Shown here in pieces: positions 41,641-52,300 of a DNA stretch of 64,000 nucleotides. The translations under genes and the position numbers were made by a program. The notes beneath the pieces are model-generated. The model ran no database searches. It was given only the letters and a program-made list of their open reading frames with translations, and was not told the DNA's origin. The stretch spans positions 308,745 to 372,744 of the forward strand of contig CAVVYZ010000002.1 of assembly GCA_963752595.1 (NCBI GenBank), read 5' to 3'. Position 1 is the stretch's first letter. The number at the start of each line of letters is the position of its first letter. The DNA comes from an uncultured delta proteobacterium. GTDB lineage: Bacteria > Desulfobacterota > Desulfomonilia > UBA1062.

Positions 41641-44600
41641 CAGCGGCAGGAGACAAAACGGACCGTCTGCAAGGATTCCCTGATTATCCGGTCCATTGCA
41701 CTCAGGGTCCTGTCGATCTCCGCTGCAGTGGTTTCTCTGCCCAGAGAGAAACGCAAGGCGCAGTGTGCCTGTTCTTCCGTGATCCCCATGGCCAGCAGAG
41801 CTTGGGAAGGTTTTGGAGAGCCTGACCGGCAGGCCGAGCCTGATGACAGGGATATCCCTTCAGCATCGAGGGCAAACACCATGGATTCCCCGCGGATTCC
41901 GGGCAGAGAGATGTTGAGTGTATTGGGAAGCCGGTCCGCACTATCGCCGTTGATCACGGCCCCGGGAACCATGGACATGATGCCTTCCTGGAGCCTGTCG
42001 CGCAGCCGTGCCGTTTCCGAACCCATCTCCCGGAGGCCTCTATCAGCGAACTCTGCCGCTTTGCCGAGCCCGATGATGCCGATGCTGTTTTCTGTCCCCG
42101 CCCGGAGGCCGTGCTCCTGTCTGCCGCCGTGGATAAGAGGTTCGACCATGGCGCTGTTCCGGACATAGAGCGCCCCGACTCCTTTCGGGCCGTGGAATTT
42201 ATGTGCCGAAAGGGTGAGAAAATCCGTTCCAAGGGACATGACATCCACGGGGATCTTCCCTACGGCCTGGACAGCGTCCGTATGGAAGAGCGAGCCTCTG
42301 CCATGGGCTATGGCTGCAAGCTCGGCTATGGGCTGGATGGTTCCGGTCTCGTTGCTGGCAGTCATGATACTCACGAGGAAAGTGTCTTCCGTCATGGCCT
42401 CTTGGAGGCTTTCAGAGCTTATCATGCCGCCGGTGTCGACCGGGAGATAGGTCACCCTGAATCCGAATCTCGCCAGCCATGCACAGGCCATGAGCACCGA
42501 CGGGTGCTCAATCAAAGAGGTAATCAGCTGTTTTTTCCGGTTCCAGGGAGCCAGGGCCGTGCCCTTGATGACCTGGTTGTTGGCTTCGCTGCCGCAGCCG
42601 GTGAAAACAATCCTCCTGGCCGTACTGCCGATGAGTTTGGCAACTTTGCGCCGTGCATTCTCTATGGCGACCTTCACCTGCCTGCCGTCCTGATGGAGGG
42701 CGCTGGCATTCCCGAAGAGGATTTTCATGGCGTGATGCATCTCTGATACTACTTCCGGCGCAGGGGCAGTGGTTGCGTTGTGGTCAAGGTATATCCTATG
42801 TTGCGATAGTGCTGCAACATACCGCCTCCGGGGAACCCGGCCGGCCTCCCCAGTATCGACATGGACCGCATTACCGGATTGTTCAACCCTGAGCACATCG
42901 CACAGCAGCGACTTATAAATGGGGAATCCGGAAATCGGATCATAGCGGAGGTCGGTAAGGTCGTTGATATTGCAGCGCTTCCAGGCTTGAGGGCCGAGCG
43001 GCCCGCCACCGCCCATGTTTGCGTCGATGGCGCCGCAGACGATATCGTCGGTGACGATGGCCCGCATCCTGACTTCACCCCGCGGGCTCTTCACCAGTAC
43101 CTCATCGCCGTAGCGTATATCCCGTGAAGCGGCATCACGGGTGTTTATCATCACCGTGGGCTCCGGGCGCTCTTTCACCAGGCCTTTGATATGGTGGAAC
43201 TGGCTTCTGAAGTCGGTAGTCACCCGGGAGCCGGAATTGAATACCAGGGGATAGGAGGCAGCCAGCTCAGGATTTGCCAAGGGCCCCTCTTGGGGCTCGG
43301 TGTATACTGGCAGGGGATCATAACCGTGTTCCTCGCAGGATCGTGGAGGCAATCTCGAATCTGCCCGTGGGAGTGTCGAACCCGGGTTTGTGGTCGGAAC
43401 GGAGCAGGCCTTTTTCCCATTTTCTGTATTCCATGATCGATGTTTCTACCCGGACCGTTCCGCCTGCCGCACGCACGTCTTCGAGCGAGAAGGGCGAATC
43501 TTTCAAAGCGTGGCGGAGAAGCGCTTCTTCATTCTGCGGATAAAGATGCCCATACCCGAGGCGGCCTGCAAGCTCGCTGAAGATAAAGAAGGCGTTCCTT
43601 GCCTCGCCGACCGGCTCGATGACCTTCTCCCGGATGCGGAAAACCGGTCCGTAGCGCATGTAGGACTCTATTTCGTACCAGGTGGCGGCCGGCAGCACGA
43701 TATCGGCATAGGCGCAGTCCGCGGTAAGATTGACATCGATGCAGACAAGGAAGTCCAGGCCGCTTAAGGTCTGCCGCCATATCTCAGGCCGGGGCCAGGA
43801 GGTAATGATCGAGGCCCCGAGAATGATCAGGGACCTGATCCTGTAGGGATTGCCGTGAAGCACGGCTTCAGGAAGGGCATTGGCGTGTGACTCCCCCCGG
43901 TAGGGGCTGTACACCGGGAAGGTATCCCGCCCGAGGGCCTTTTTCATATCCGGGTTCGGGATGAGCCCGTCGCGGTTGATGGGAAACTCGCTTCCCGGCA
44001 TGGAGAAGCAGCGTCCTCCGGGCACATCGAGCTGTCCGGCCAGAGCCCAGAGGACAAACGTCGCCCGGATGGCCTGGACGCCGCTGTCGCTGTACTCGAG
44101 CCCGGTATACATGACCGGCGAGGCACCCCGTGCTGATGCGATTGTCTCTGCAAGCCACCGTATGGTCTCAGCCGGAACGCCGGTAATGGATTCCACCAAC
44201 TCGGGCCGGAAATGGCGTACATACTGTTCGAATTCCTCAAACCCGTGGCACCAGTCTTTTGCAAAGGCCTCATCATGAAGCTCCTGGGCAATCAGGACAT
44301 TGCAGAGCCCCAGGGCAAGCGCGCCGTCCGTACCCGGCCGGATGGGGATCCACTCGCATCCGCGAGTTTTGCGGTCCTGGTGCGCCTCGGGTCGATCACC
44401 ACGATCTGCGCGCCGCGATCATGCGCCTTCAGGATACGGTCCAGGTCAGTGGCGGGCAGTCAGTTGCAGGGTTTGCGCCCCACACCACGACGAGTTCGGC
44501 GTTTTCGATATCGGAGAACATGTTGATGAGCATGCCCCCCATGGTGACATGGGGGGCGATCATGGCCATCGAAACGTAGCACAGGGCGCCGACTCCCATG

Positions 44601-45040
44601 GTATTGGGCGATCCGAAGGGAAAGAGCACGCTCGATGCGGAGGAGACGGCCACTCCTGCCGGCTGGAAGACATCGCACATGGCCAGCTCGAAGCTTCCCC
44701 GGCCCGTATAGATCGCAGCTGCCTCCGGTCCGGACTCCTCTTTGAGAGCCTGCAGTCTGTCCGTGATCTCCTCAAAGGCATCATCCCAGGAGATCTGTTC
44801 AAACTCGAAGCTCCCTTTCGGGCCTTTCCGCTTCAAAGGGGCTTTAAGCCTGTGTTCTGAATAAACGATCTCCGGAGCATGCTCGCCGAGCTTGCATATA
44901 TTACCGAGCCTTGAGGTATTGTCCGGCCTGACCGAGGCGAGATCACCATTTTGATCATAGCCCACAATCACCCAGCAACCCGCAGGACAGATGCCGCATA
45001 TAGCTTTCACCCCATCCGCCTTTGCTTCCATATGAACCAT
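41640..45040 (-). CDS. Molybdo/tungstopterin enzyme-cysteine desulfurase fusion (metallopterin-dependent ergothioneine synthase-like; about 3 frameshifts)
   Basis: CGICPAGC..C Fe-S motif, VWGANP, DIVLPAAT, molybdopterin dinucleotide domain in frame with YLDHNATT, SAHKFHGPKG, SSGSAC; ~1130 aa. Confidence 0.85.
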
Positions 45041-45214
45041 ATGTATTAGAAGTAGAAAGCGAATGGCGAAAAACCAGGCTTGAAGAAAACCTTTTGAGCC
45101 CCTGGCCTCGTTGGATTTACACTACTGCATCCAATGGTTCCTCGCTATAGAATATCCAAATGCACAGACGAAAAGGCAGAGCACTGCAGAAAATGTTGAA
45201 GGAAAAGAAGGCCG

Positions 45215-45418
45215 TTACTCCAGGCCGAAACCTATCTTGAGAGTAACCTGATAATAAGAGACTTTTCCTTCTTCAATGAAGCCCCTCATCTCGGTTACCT
45301 CAAACCATCTCATTCCTCTCACAGATTGGGATGCTTTGCCGAGTGCATTGCCGATGGCATTTTCTATACTGGTTTTAGATGTGCCCACGACTTCCAGTTT
45401 CTTATAGACCTGATCCAT
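45215..45418 (-). CDS. Dodecin
   Basis: VYKKLEVVGTS..SIE.AI..A..WFEV.E.RG..YQVTLKIGF. Confidence 0.93.
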   Translation of the reverse strand: MDQVYKKLEVVGTSKTSIENAIGNALGKASQSVRGMRWFEVTEMRGFIEEGKVSYYQVTLKIGFGLE

Positions 45419-45669
45419 TCCCCATCATCCTTTCGCTCTCCGTCAGGAAGAGCTTTGATTTCATATGCCGGCGGATCTTTCCGTATGGGCATATCTCTCT
45501 TGGGCCACACCTCTTTGAAAGTATGGCCGGGTGCAAGGCAGTACGGACATTCTTCAGGCGGAGTATCTCCGTGATGGATGTCTCCGCATAGGGTGCATCT
45601 CCAAGCATGGGTATCGTCCATATACTCTTTGTATCCGTTCGTCTCATATTCCCATTTCTCAAACGACAT
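45364..45669 (-). CDS. Rubredoxin-like small protein (3' end uncertain; overlaps dodecin)
   Basis: WRCTLCG.IH.GD.PPEECPYC; GGAGGAG RBS. Confidence 0.7.
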   Translation of the reverse strand: MSFEKWEYETNGYKEYMDDTHAWRCTLCGDIHHGDTPPEECPYCLAPGHTFKEVWPKRDMPIRKDPPAYEIKALPDGERKDDGEWIRSIRNWKSWAHLKPV

Positions 45670-45950
45670 ATTCTCTCCTCCTGCTGCAGCAGGTAATCAC
45701 CCGGCAGGGGCAAAGGCCTGCGGGTTTTTAAAAAACGTGCACGTGTTTTTTCCTGGACACCTGCTTTTTTTGCCTTTCTTGCCATCGTGTGCCGCTTTCA
45801 ATAATCCTCCGGAAGAATGCGTCCTCGCCGGCGATCGGCCCTGAAAAAATAGGAAAACTGCAAGAGTAATAAATACAGCCCTGCAATGCAGAATCAAGGG
45901 GATCTACGATGGCTCATAACCAGCATTCATTTCTTGATTAATGAATATTT

Positions 45951-45979
45951 TTGACACGTTATTTGTGTGATGGTATCTT
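45951..45979 (+). promoter_or_regulatory. Sigma70 promoter of the WYL gene
   Basis: TTGACA, 17-bp spacer, TATCTT with TG extension. Confidence 0.6.
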
Positions 45980-46031
45980 TTGATCACATCAGCTTGTATC
46001 ACGTGCTGTTTCTTAAGGAAGGAGTCTTAAG

Positions 46032-47003
46032 GTGGCTTCCAAGATAATCTACGAGAGGTTCCTCTGGTTCCACAACCAGGCCAAGGAGGGCAGGTACCCG
46101 AACACCGGCATGCTTGCCATGCAGTTCGAGATTTCCCGCAAGACCGCGCAAAGAGACGTGAGCTTTATGATCAACCGGCTTTTCGCCCCACTGGTCTACG
46201 TGCCGGAAAAGCGCGGTTTCATGTACGAGGATGCCTCATATGAGCTTCCGGGCTCATGGCTCAGCGAAGAAGAGCTTACGTCTCTGATCGTCTCCTGCAG
46301 GCTTGCATCCACTATCCCTGATAAAGCTCTGAAGACATCCCTGAAGGGCTTTCTCGGCCAGATCCTCTCTTTGCACAGCAGGAAGGGATCGATTTCGGTA
46401 ACCGGCTTGAGTGAAAAGGTCTCTGTGAAGAACATCGAGTATTCCCTTTCCGAAGGCAGGATCTTCCAGCAGGGTCTCGATGCCCTGCTGCAGGACAGGC
46501 CGGTGAGCATAGAATACTACTCCCCTCACAACAAAAAATCCACGCTCCGCGACATCCTGCCCCTGCACCTGCTCCACTACATGGGCAGCTGGCATATCAT
46601 CGCCCACTGTGCCTTAAGGGGCGAAATCAGGGATTTTGCCCTTTCGAGGATCCGGATGATCAGGCCTTGCGATGCCGTGATATCAGCCGAGGTATCTGCT
46701 TCGTCCATCAAGGAGTATATCAGGGAGAACTTCGGCATCCTCTCAGGCAACGAGATCAGCGAGGTATGTATCCGCTTCTCAGCCGAGATCGCTCCGTGGA
46801 TAGCAGAGCAGGTCTGGCACCCCAGGCAGAAGGCAGAAAAAGCCCCTGACGGCAGCCTGTGCCTGTCATTCCCTGTTGCCGATTTCCGCGAGATCAAGCG
46901 GGAGATACTCAAGCACGGCTCACACGCCGAGGTAGTATCGCCGGCGGGCTTAAGGGACGAGGTAAAAGAAGAAATAGAAAAAATGAAAGATCTCTATTGG
47001 TAG
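46032..47003 (+). CDS. HTH-WYL-WCX transcriptional regulator
   Basis: FEISRKTAQRD HTH, P.HL..Y.GSWHIIAHC..R..IRDFALSRI, ILKHG..AEV.SP..LR. Confidence 0.92.
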   Translation: MASKIIYERFLWFHNQAKEGRYPNTGMLAMQFEISRKTAQRDVSFMINRLFAPLVYVPEKRGFMYEDASYELPGSWLSEEELTSLIVSCRLASTIPDKALKTSLKGFLGQILSLHSRKGSISVTGLSEKVSVKNIEYSLSEGRIFQQGLDALLQDRPVSIEYYSPHNKKSTLRDILPLHLLHYMGSWHIIAHCALRGEIRDFALSRIRMIRPCDAVISAEVSASSIKEYIRENFGILSGNEISEVCIRFSAEIAPWIAEQVWHPRQKAEKAPDGSLCLSFPVADFREIKREILKHGSHAEVVSPAGLRDEVKEEIEKMKDLYW

Positions 47004-47056
47004 GACACGGGATGGGGGACCGGATATGGTAAGCCTCGCAAACAAGGAGAGAAACT

Positions 47057-47479
47057 ATGGAAAGAAGAAAGTTCATAAAACTCGTTACCTGTTTGCCGCT
47101 GTTTGCCCTGCACCCGCTTTCACTGACCGGCACACAGGATATACCGAAATTTGACCCGAAGAATATCCTGCTCCTCCAGTCCAACGTGGCCGGATTCCGG
47201 TATTACCGTGGCGAAAACGTATGGCTGAGAATCAAACCCGGCGACCCTGTCACCCTGAAGAGGGAGCCCCACAACCCATACGACCGGAAGGCAATAGCGC
47301 TCTATTGGTTTGATCAAAAGCTCGGCTATATTCCAAGGGTCGACAATTCGGTCATTGCCAATCTTCTGGACCAGGGTGCAAGTTTGGATGCATGCATCAG
47401 AAAGAAGAAGGAAAGCCCGCATTTTTGCGAGAGACTGGAAATCGAGGTGAGATGCAGCACCGGCATGGGGAATGTATGA
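47057..47479 (+). CDS. HIRAN-domain protein with twin-arginine-like N-terminus
   Basis: VAGFRYY, L.REP.NPYD..AI..KLGYIPR; starts MERRKFIK plus hydrophobic stretch. Confidence 0.88.
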   Translation: MERRKFIKLVTCLPLFALHPLSLTGTQDIPKFDPKNILLLQSNVAGFRYYRGENVWLRIKPGDPVTLKREPHNPYDRKAIALYWFDQKLGYIPRVDNSVIANLLDQGASLDACIRKKKESPHFCERLEIEVRCSTGMGNV

Positions 47480-47861
47480 AGCCGGTTCTGACTCCCGGGC
47501 TTTCATTCAGAGGATACAGGAGAGGGTTTGCTTAAGGAGTACTTCCTTTGTACGCAGGCACCGGCAATCCGGCATGGTGCGGGTCAGGCTCCGCAGCCGG
47601 GGTGCCCTTCATCCCGGCAGATTCCTACTTATCCTGACTATGGGAAGGCAAAGGGGTTGAGAACCTCGGCACAGGTAATTAATTTAAATAGTAATGGTAC
47701 AATTAATTTTTTTTACGCTTTCTCCTCATGACTTCAGGCACTGTTGGGTGATTGGTACTGCTGCTCGCGGGTTGTCCCTTTAAAAAGTTTCCTGTTCGTG
47801 ATTATTCCTGGCGGCCGTATATCTTTTTGGGTTCGGGACAAACCGGGTACAGAATCAGAGA

Positions 47862-49289
47862 ATGACAGGGGGCGAGATGTTTCGCTATTTCGTGAAGAAA
47901 ATCTCATTTCCGTTTATCGCATCCCGGGAGGGGTATCCGGGAGTATTGAAGCATCTCCGTGAACTGGAGGCAAGCCAGAATTGGCCGTTGGAGCGCATCC
48001 TCAATCTGCAGAGGGCGAGGTTGAAGAATCTTCTGGTACATGCCTATGAGAACAACCTGTTTTATAATAAGAAGTTCGACGAAGCAGGATTCAACCCTTA
48101 CAAATTCAGGCACACCGATGAGATGAAGGGTCTGCCGGTCCTCACGAAAGAGGAGATACACAATCACCTTCTCGATTCGATCGCCCGGAATTACCGGGAA
48201 AACGATCTTCGCGTCGCCAAGACCGGTGGAACTTCCGGGGAGAAGATGGTCTTTTACCGGGATGACTACTGCCTGCCGAAGAAGGAGGCAGCGCTGTACC
48301 GGTTCGAGAAATGGTCGGGATGGGATATCGGTGAGAGGATCGGGCTTGTATGGCCTGCCCGGCAGGACCATGTGGGTCATTGGACGCTCAAGTCCAAAAT
48401 AAAGAACGGACTATACCGGCGGGAAGTGGTTTTCCCGGCGGCAATCATCGAAGACGATCTGTGCATGGCGGATGTTCAGAGGCTGTTGGCAAAGAAACCT
48501 GCCGTCATACGGGGATACACGACCCCGCTATTTGAGCTGGCACATTACATGGAAAGAAAAGGAACAGATGATGTCGCGGTAAAAGGCATCATTACTACCG
48601 GCGAACCCCTGTATCCGCATCAGCGGAAGCTCATTTCACAAGTATTTCACTGCCCGGTGTTCAATTCCTACGGAATCAGGGAAACAGGGCCGATAGCACA
48701 GGAATGCCATATGCACAGCGGCCTCCATATCAGTGCGGAGTCCGTATACCTCGAGACTGATAGAGCTTCGATGTCTGATGAACCGGAGATGAGCGATCTC
48801 CTCGTAACTGACCTGTTGAATTACGGTATGCCCCTTATCCGGTACCGGATAGGTGATGTCGGTTCACTCTCTATGAGAAAGTGTGGTTGCGGCTGTGAGC
48901 TGCCTCTCCTTGAAAAGGTTTTGGGGAGGGTATCGGACACCTTCTACACCCCTGACGGCAAGAAGATCATGCCGGTATCCCTGCTCCAGCGCATGCATAT
49001 GCACACTGATCCGGTCGGACAGATTCAGTTCGTCCAGGACAGACTCGATCACATCCTGATCAATCTCACCAGGGACCCTGCTCCCACACAGGACCTCATG
49101 GATTATATGAGAGATATCATCAGGCAGATATTCGGTGACAGAATGAACACTACCTACACGTTTGTCAGCGAGATCCCTCGGGAGGCTTCCGGAAGGTATC
49201 AATATGCTAAGTGTATTATTTCGGACAGCGGATCTCGGGAGGGGGCCGGAAGCATGCTGGGGATGAGTGCCTCAACAGCAGCGGTGTGA
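47862..49289 (+). CDS. Phenylacetate-CoA ligase/CapK-family adenylate-forming enzyme
   Basis: TGGTSG, TTGE.L, YGIRE.G, PLIRYRIGD, GR.SD. Confidence 0.85.
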   Translation: MTGGEMFRYFVKKISFPFIASREGYPGVLKHLRELEASQNWPLERILNLQRARLKNLLVHAYENNLFYNKKFDEAGFNPYKFRHTDEMKGLPVLTKEEIHNHLLDSIARNYRENDLRVAKTGGTSGEKMVFYRDDYCLPKKEAALYRFEKWSGWDIGERIGLVWPARQDHVGHWTLKSKIKNGLYRREVVFPAAIIEDDLCMADVQRLLAKKPAVIRGYTTPLFELAHYMERKGTDDVAVKGIITTGEPLYPHQRKLISQVFHCPVFNSYGIRETGPIAQECHMHSGLHISAESVYLETDRASMSDEPEMSDLLVTDLLNYGMPLIRYRIGDVGSLSMRKCGCGCELPLLEKVLGRVSDTFYTPDGKKIMPVSLLQRMHMHTDPVGQIQFVQDRLDHILINLTRDPAPTQDLMDYMRDIIRQIFGDRMNTTYTFVSEIPREASGRYQYAKCIISDSGSREGAGSMLGMSASTAAV

Positions 49290-49359
49290 AAGGAAGGATC
49301 GCAAGATATGATATGTATCTCTCTGGATTGCTGCCGTTGGCGATAGGGGCACTCCGCGG

Positions 49360-52300
49360 TCAATCGTTTTTCAACACCCGGGCGAGCTCATTGCGCAGCA
49401 CGTTCAACTCGAAGGGCTTCTTGATAAATCCTGCAGGCTTCTTGCCCTGGAGACGGTGCTCGACTTCCTGCTCGCTGTAGCCGCTCGATACGATCACCTT
49501 GATATCGCTCCGGATGCGCTTGAGTCGTTCAAATGCTTCAATTCCGTCCATCCTCGGCATGGTCAGGTCGAGGATGACGCAGTCGATTTCACCGGCATGC
49601 TTTTGGAACACATCCAAGGCCTCTTTGCCGTCCGATGCGTTAAATACCCGGTAGCCGAGGCGTTCCACCATGGCGCTGCAGAGATCCAGGACCATGTCTT
49701 CGTCATCAACAAGCAGAACGGTTCCGGTCGCAGGCCCGTCCTGTTCTCCTTCCGATTCACTCATACCTGCATCGTTTCTTCCTGAATCCGACAACTTCAT
49801 GGTCGTGATCAAAGCAGGGAACATGACCCGGATGGAAGTCCCCTCGCCATGGGTGCTCTCCACGATGATGGCGCCTCTGTGGCCGCGTACAATGCCGAGG
49901 ACGGCAGCCATTCCAAGCCCTCTGCCGGTGAATTTGGTACTGAAAAATGGATCGAAGAGCCGTTCTTTGGTCTGTTCGTCCATCCCGCAGCCGGTGTCCC
50001 TGACCTTGATGAAGACATACAAGCCGGCTGGAGGCTTCTCTTTGAGACGGCTCTGTTCGAGGCAGGCCTCGTCGCACTCCTTTACACCCGTGGTGATGGT
50101 GACGACGCCCGGCCGATCGCCGATAGCCTCTGATGCGTTGACGATGAGATTCATGATGATCTGCTGTATCTGGCCGGGATCTGCAGTCATGTACGGAATA
50201 TTTCGCCCCATCTGGAGATTCAGGGTGACGGTCTTGGAGATGGAAGCCTTGAGAAGCCGGGCCATCTCTTCCACGAGCTCGCTCAAGTCAAAGGTTTTCA
50301 GGTCGAATCTTCCCTTGCCGGAATACGCGAGCATCTGGTTGGTAAGGTCAGCGGCGCGCCGTGCTGCAAAACGAGCCTGGTTGATGAAGTGCTTGGACCG
50401 GGAATCCGGGGGAATATCGATCTGCGAAAGGTCCAGATTCCCCAGGATCGCCATGAGAAGATTATTGAAATCATGAGCTATGCCGCCTGCCAGGACCCCC
50501 AGACTCTCAAGTTTCTGCGCGTGCTGGAACCTCCTTTCCATCTCGATCCGCTCATCCTCCACTTTCTTGCGGTCGGTTATATCACGGGCGGTAATGACGA
50601 TCCCATTGATACCGGGGAATCCCATGAGATTTTTGCCGATGGCTTCCAGATGTACCCATGAGCCGTCTGCCTTCCGAAACCGGATCTCGGTGGGCATTCC
50701 GGGGTTGGATTTATCAAAGACCTCCAGTAGGCCGGTCTTTGTTGCCTCGATATCTTCCGGGTGAATGAAATCATACGTTGCTCTGCCGACGAGATGTCCC
50801 GGCTCATAACCGAGGATACGCGATACAGAAGGAGTTTCATAGGTTATGATCGCTTGCTCGTTCATGATGACGATGATGTCCGATGAATTCTGAATCATGG
50901 ACCGGAAGCGTTCTTCGCTCTCTTTGAGGGCTTCCTCCGCCCTTTTCTGGTCGGTGATATCCAGAAGGACGCCGTTGAATACGATTTCATCCCCAGGAGG
51001 TTCGGGCTGTGAAATGCCTCTGACGTAGATCTCTTCACCACTCGGTTTTATGTATCTGACTACGAAATCCCACTTGCTGACCGTCCGAATTGCCTGATCG
51101 ATCGAAGCAAAAAAGCCTTCCTGGTATTCTGGGATTATTTGGGAAACGGCATAGGTGAAAAAGTTTTGCACATTGTTGTCTATCCCTAAAATATCCAGTG
51201 ACCGGTCACTGACATAGTTGAGCCCCATCTCGCCGTTGCTGCGGGCATAGAACTGGAAAACCACGCCGGGAAGATTGTTGGCAATGCCTTTGAACCGCTC
51301 CTCGCTTTTCCTCAGGGCAGCCTCGGACAGCTTTCGCTCTGTTATGTCCTGAAGAGCACCGACGATCATGGTTGTCTTTCCATCCACGACAACGGGCGAT
51401 TCATTTACCTCTACCCATACCTTCCTGCCGTTTTTCGCAATCAACTCGAGATCGTAGGGGCCTTGGGATTTACCGGTACGGATCGACTTCTCGGTCGCTT
51501 CCAATCCCTTCGCATTCAAAGGGTTGTCTGAAACGAGTTCCGTCCATCGCCGCAAGGCCTCTTCTGGGGTGTACCCGAGGATCTTCTTTATCTGCGGGCT
51601 GAAATAGGTAATGTGATGATCCGTTGTGTGAGAGTAGAAGGCATTGGTGCTGTTCTCGATAATGTTGCGAAGCTTTTCTTCACTTTGCCTGAGGGCCTCT
51701 TCTGCACGTTTGCGCTCGGTAATATCCCTGAACTCGGTAACTCGAACAACTCTTCCATGAAATGGAATGTTTTTCACGCGGATCTCAAGCGGATAGATGG
51801 ATTCGTTTTTCCTTACTCCTTCGGCATCATAGGATTTTTCGTATCCGCTCAGAATTTTCTGCAACACAAGATCACGCCAAGGCGGAGCTATGAGATCGAG
51901 GCCGTTCATGCCGATGAGCTCATCCCTTGAGAAGCCGGTGAGGTTGCAGAGCCCCTGATTACAGTCAAGTATCAGCCCCTTATCATGGATGCCGATGCCG
52001 CCGAACGACGCCTCCTGAAGGGTCCGGAATCGTATCTCGCTCTCTCGCAGTTCTTCTTCGGCGAGTTTCCGCATAGTAATGTCGCTTACCACTCCGTCAT
52101 ACGAAATCATCCCGCCTGACAGGTCTCGATGGATTACCGGCGTGTTGGTAACCCACCGCACAGTACCGTCTTTCCTGCGGATCCGGTGTTCGATGGGCAG
52201 CATGTCGTTATTGGAAAGAACTTGCTCGATATGGTCGTGAACCTTATCACGGTCTTCCTCGTACACCATGGAGTACCACAGGTATGGATTCTTTTCGAAA

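Noticed and set aside
45215-45669. Rubredoxin-dodecin fusion
   Set aside because: Different frames, and dodecin has its own RBS and a canonical start.
47480-47860. Possible SRP or other ncRNA (GGTCAGG.. and short hairpins)
   Set aside because: Lacks the SRP GGAAGG..AGCAG loop motif and any extended pairing.
49670-50476. Long antisense ORFs (also 4838-5629, 7139-7729, 36758-37540)
   Set aside because: Shadow ORFs opposite well-supported genes, expected at this GC content.
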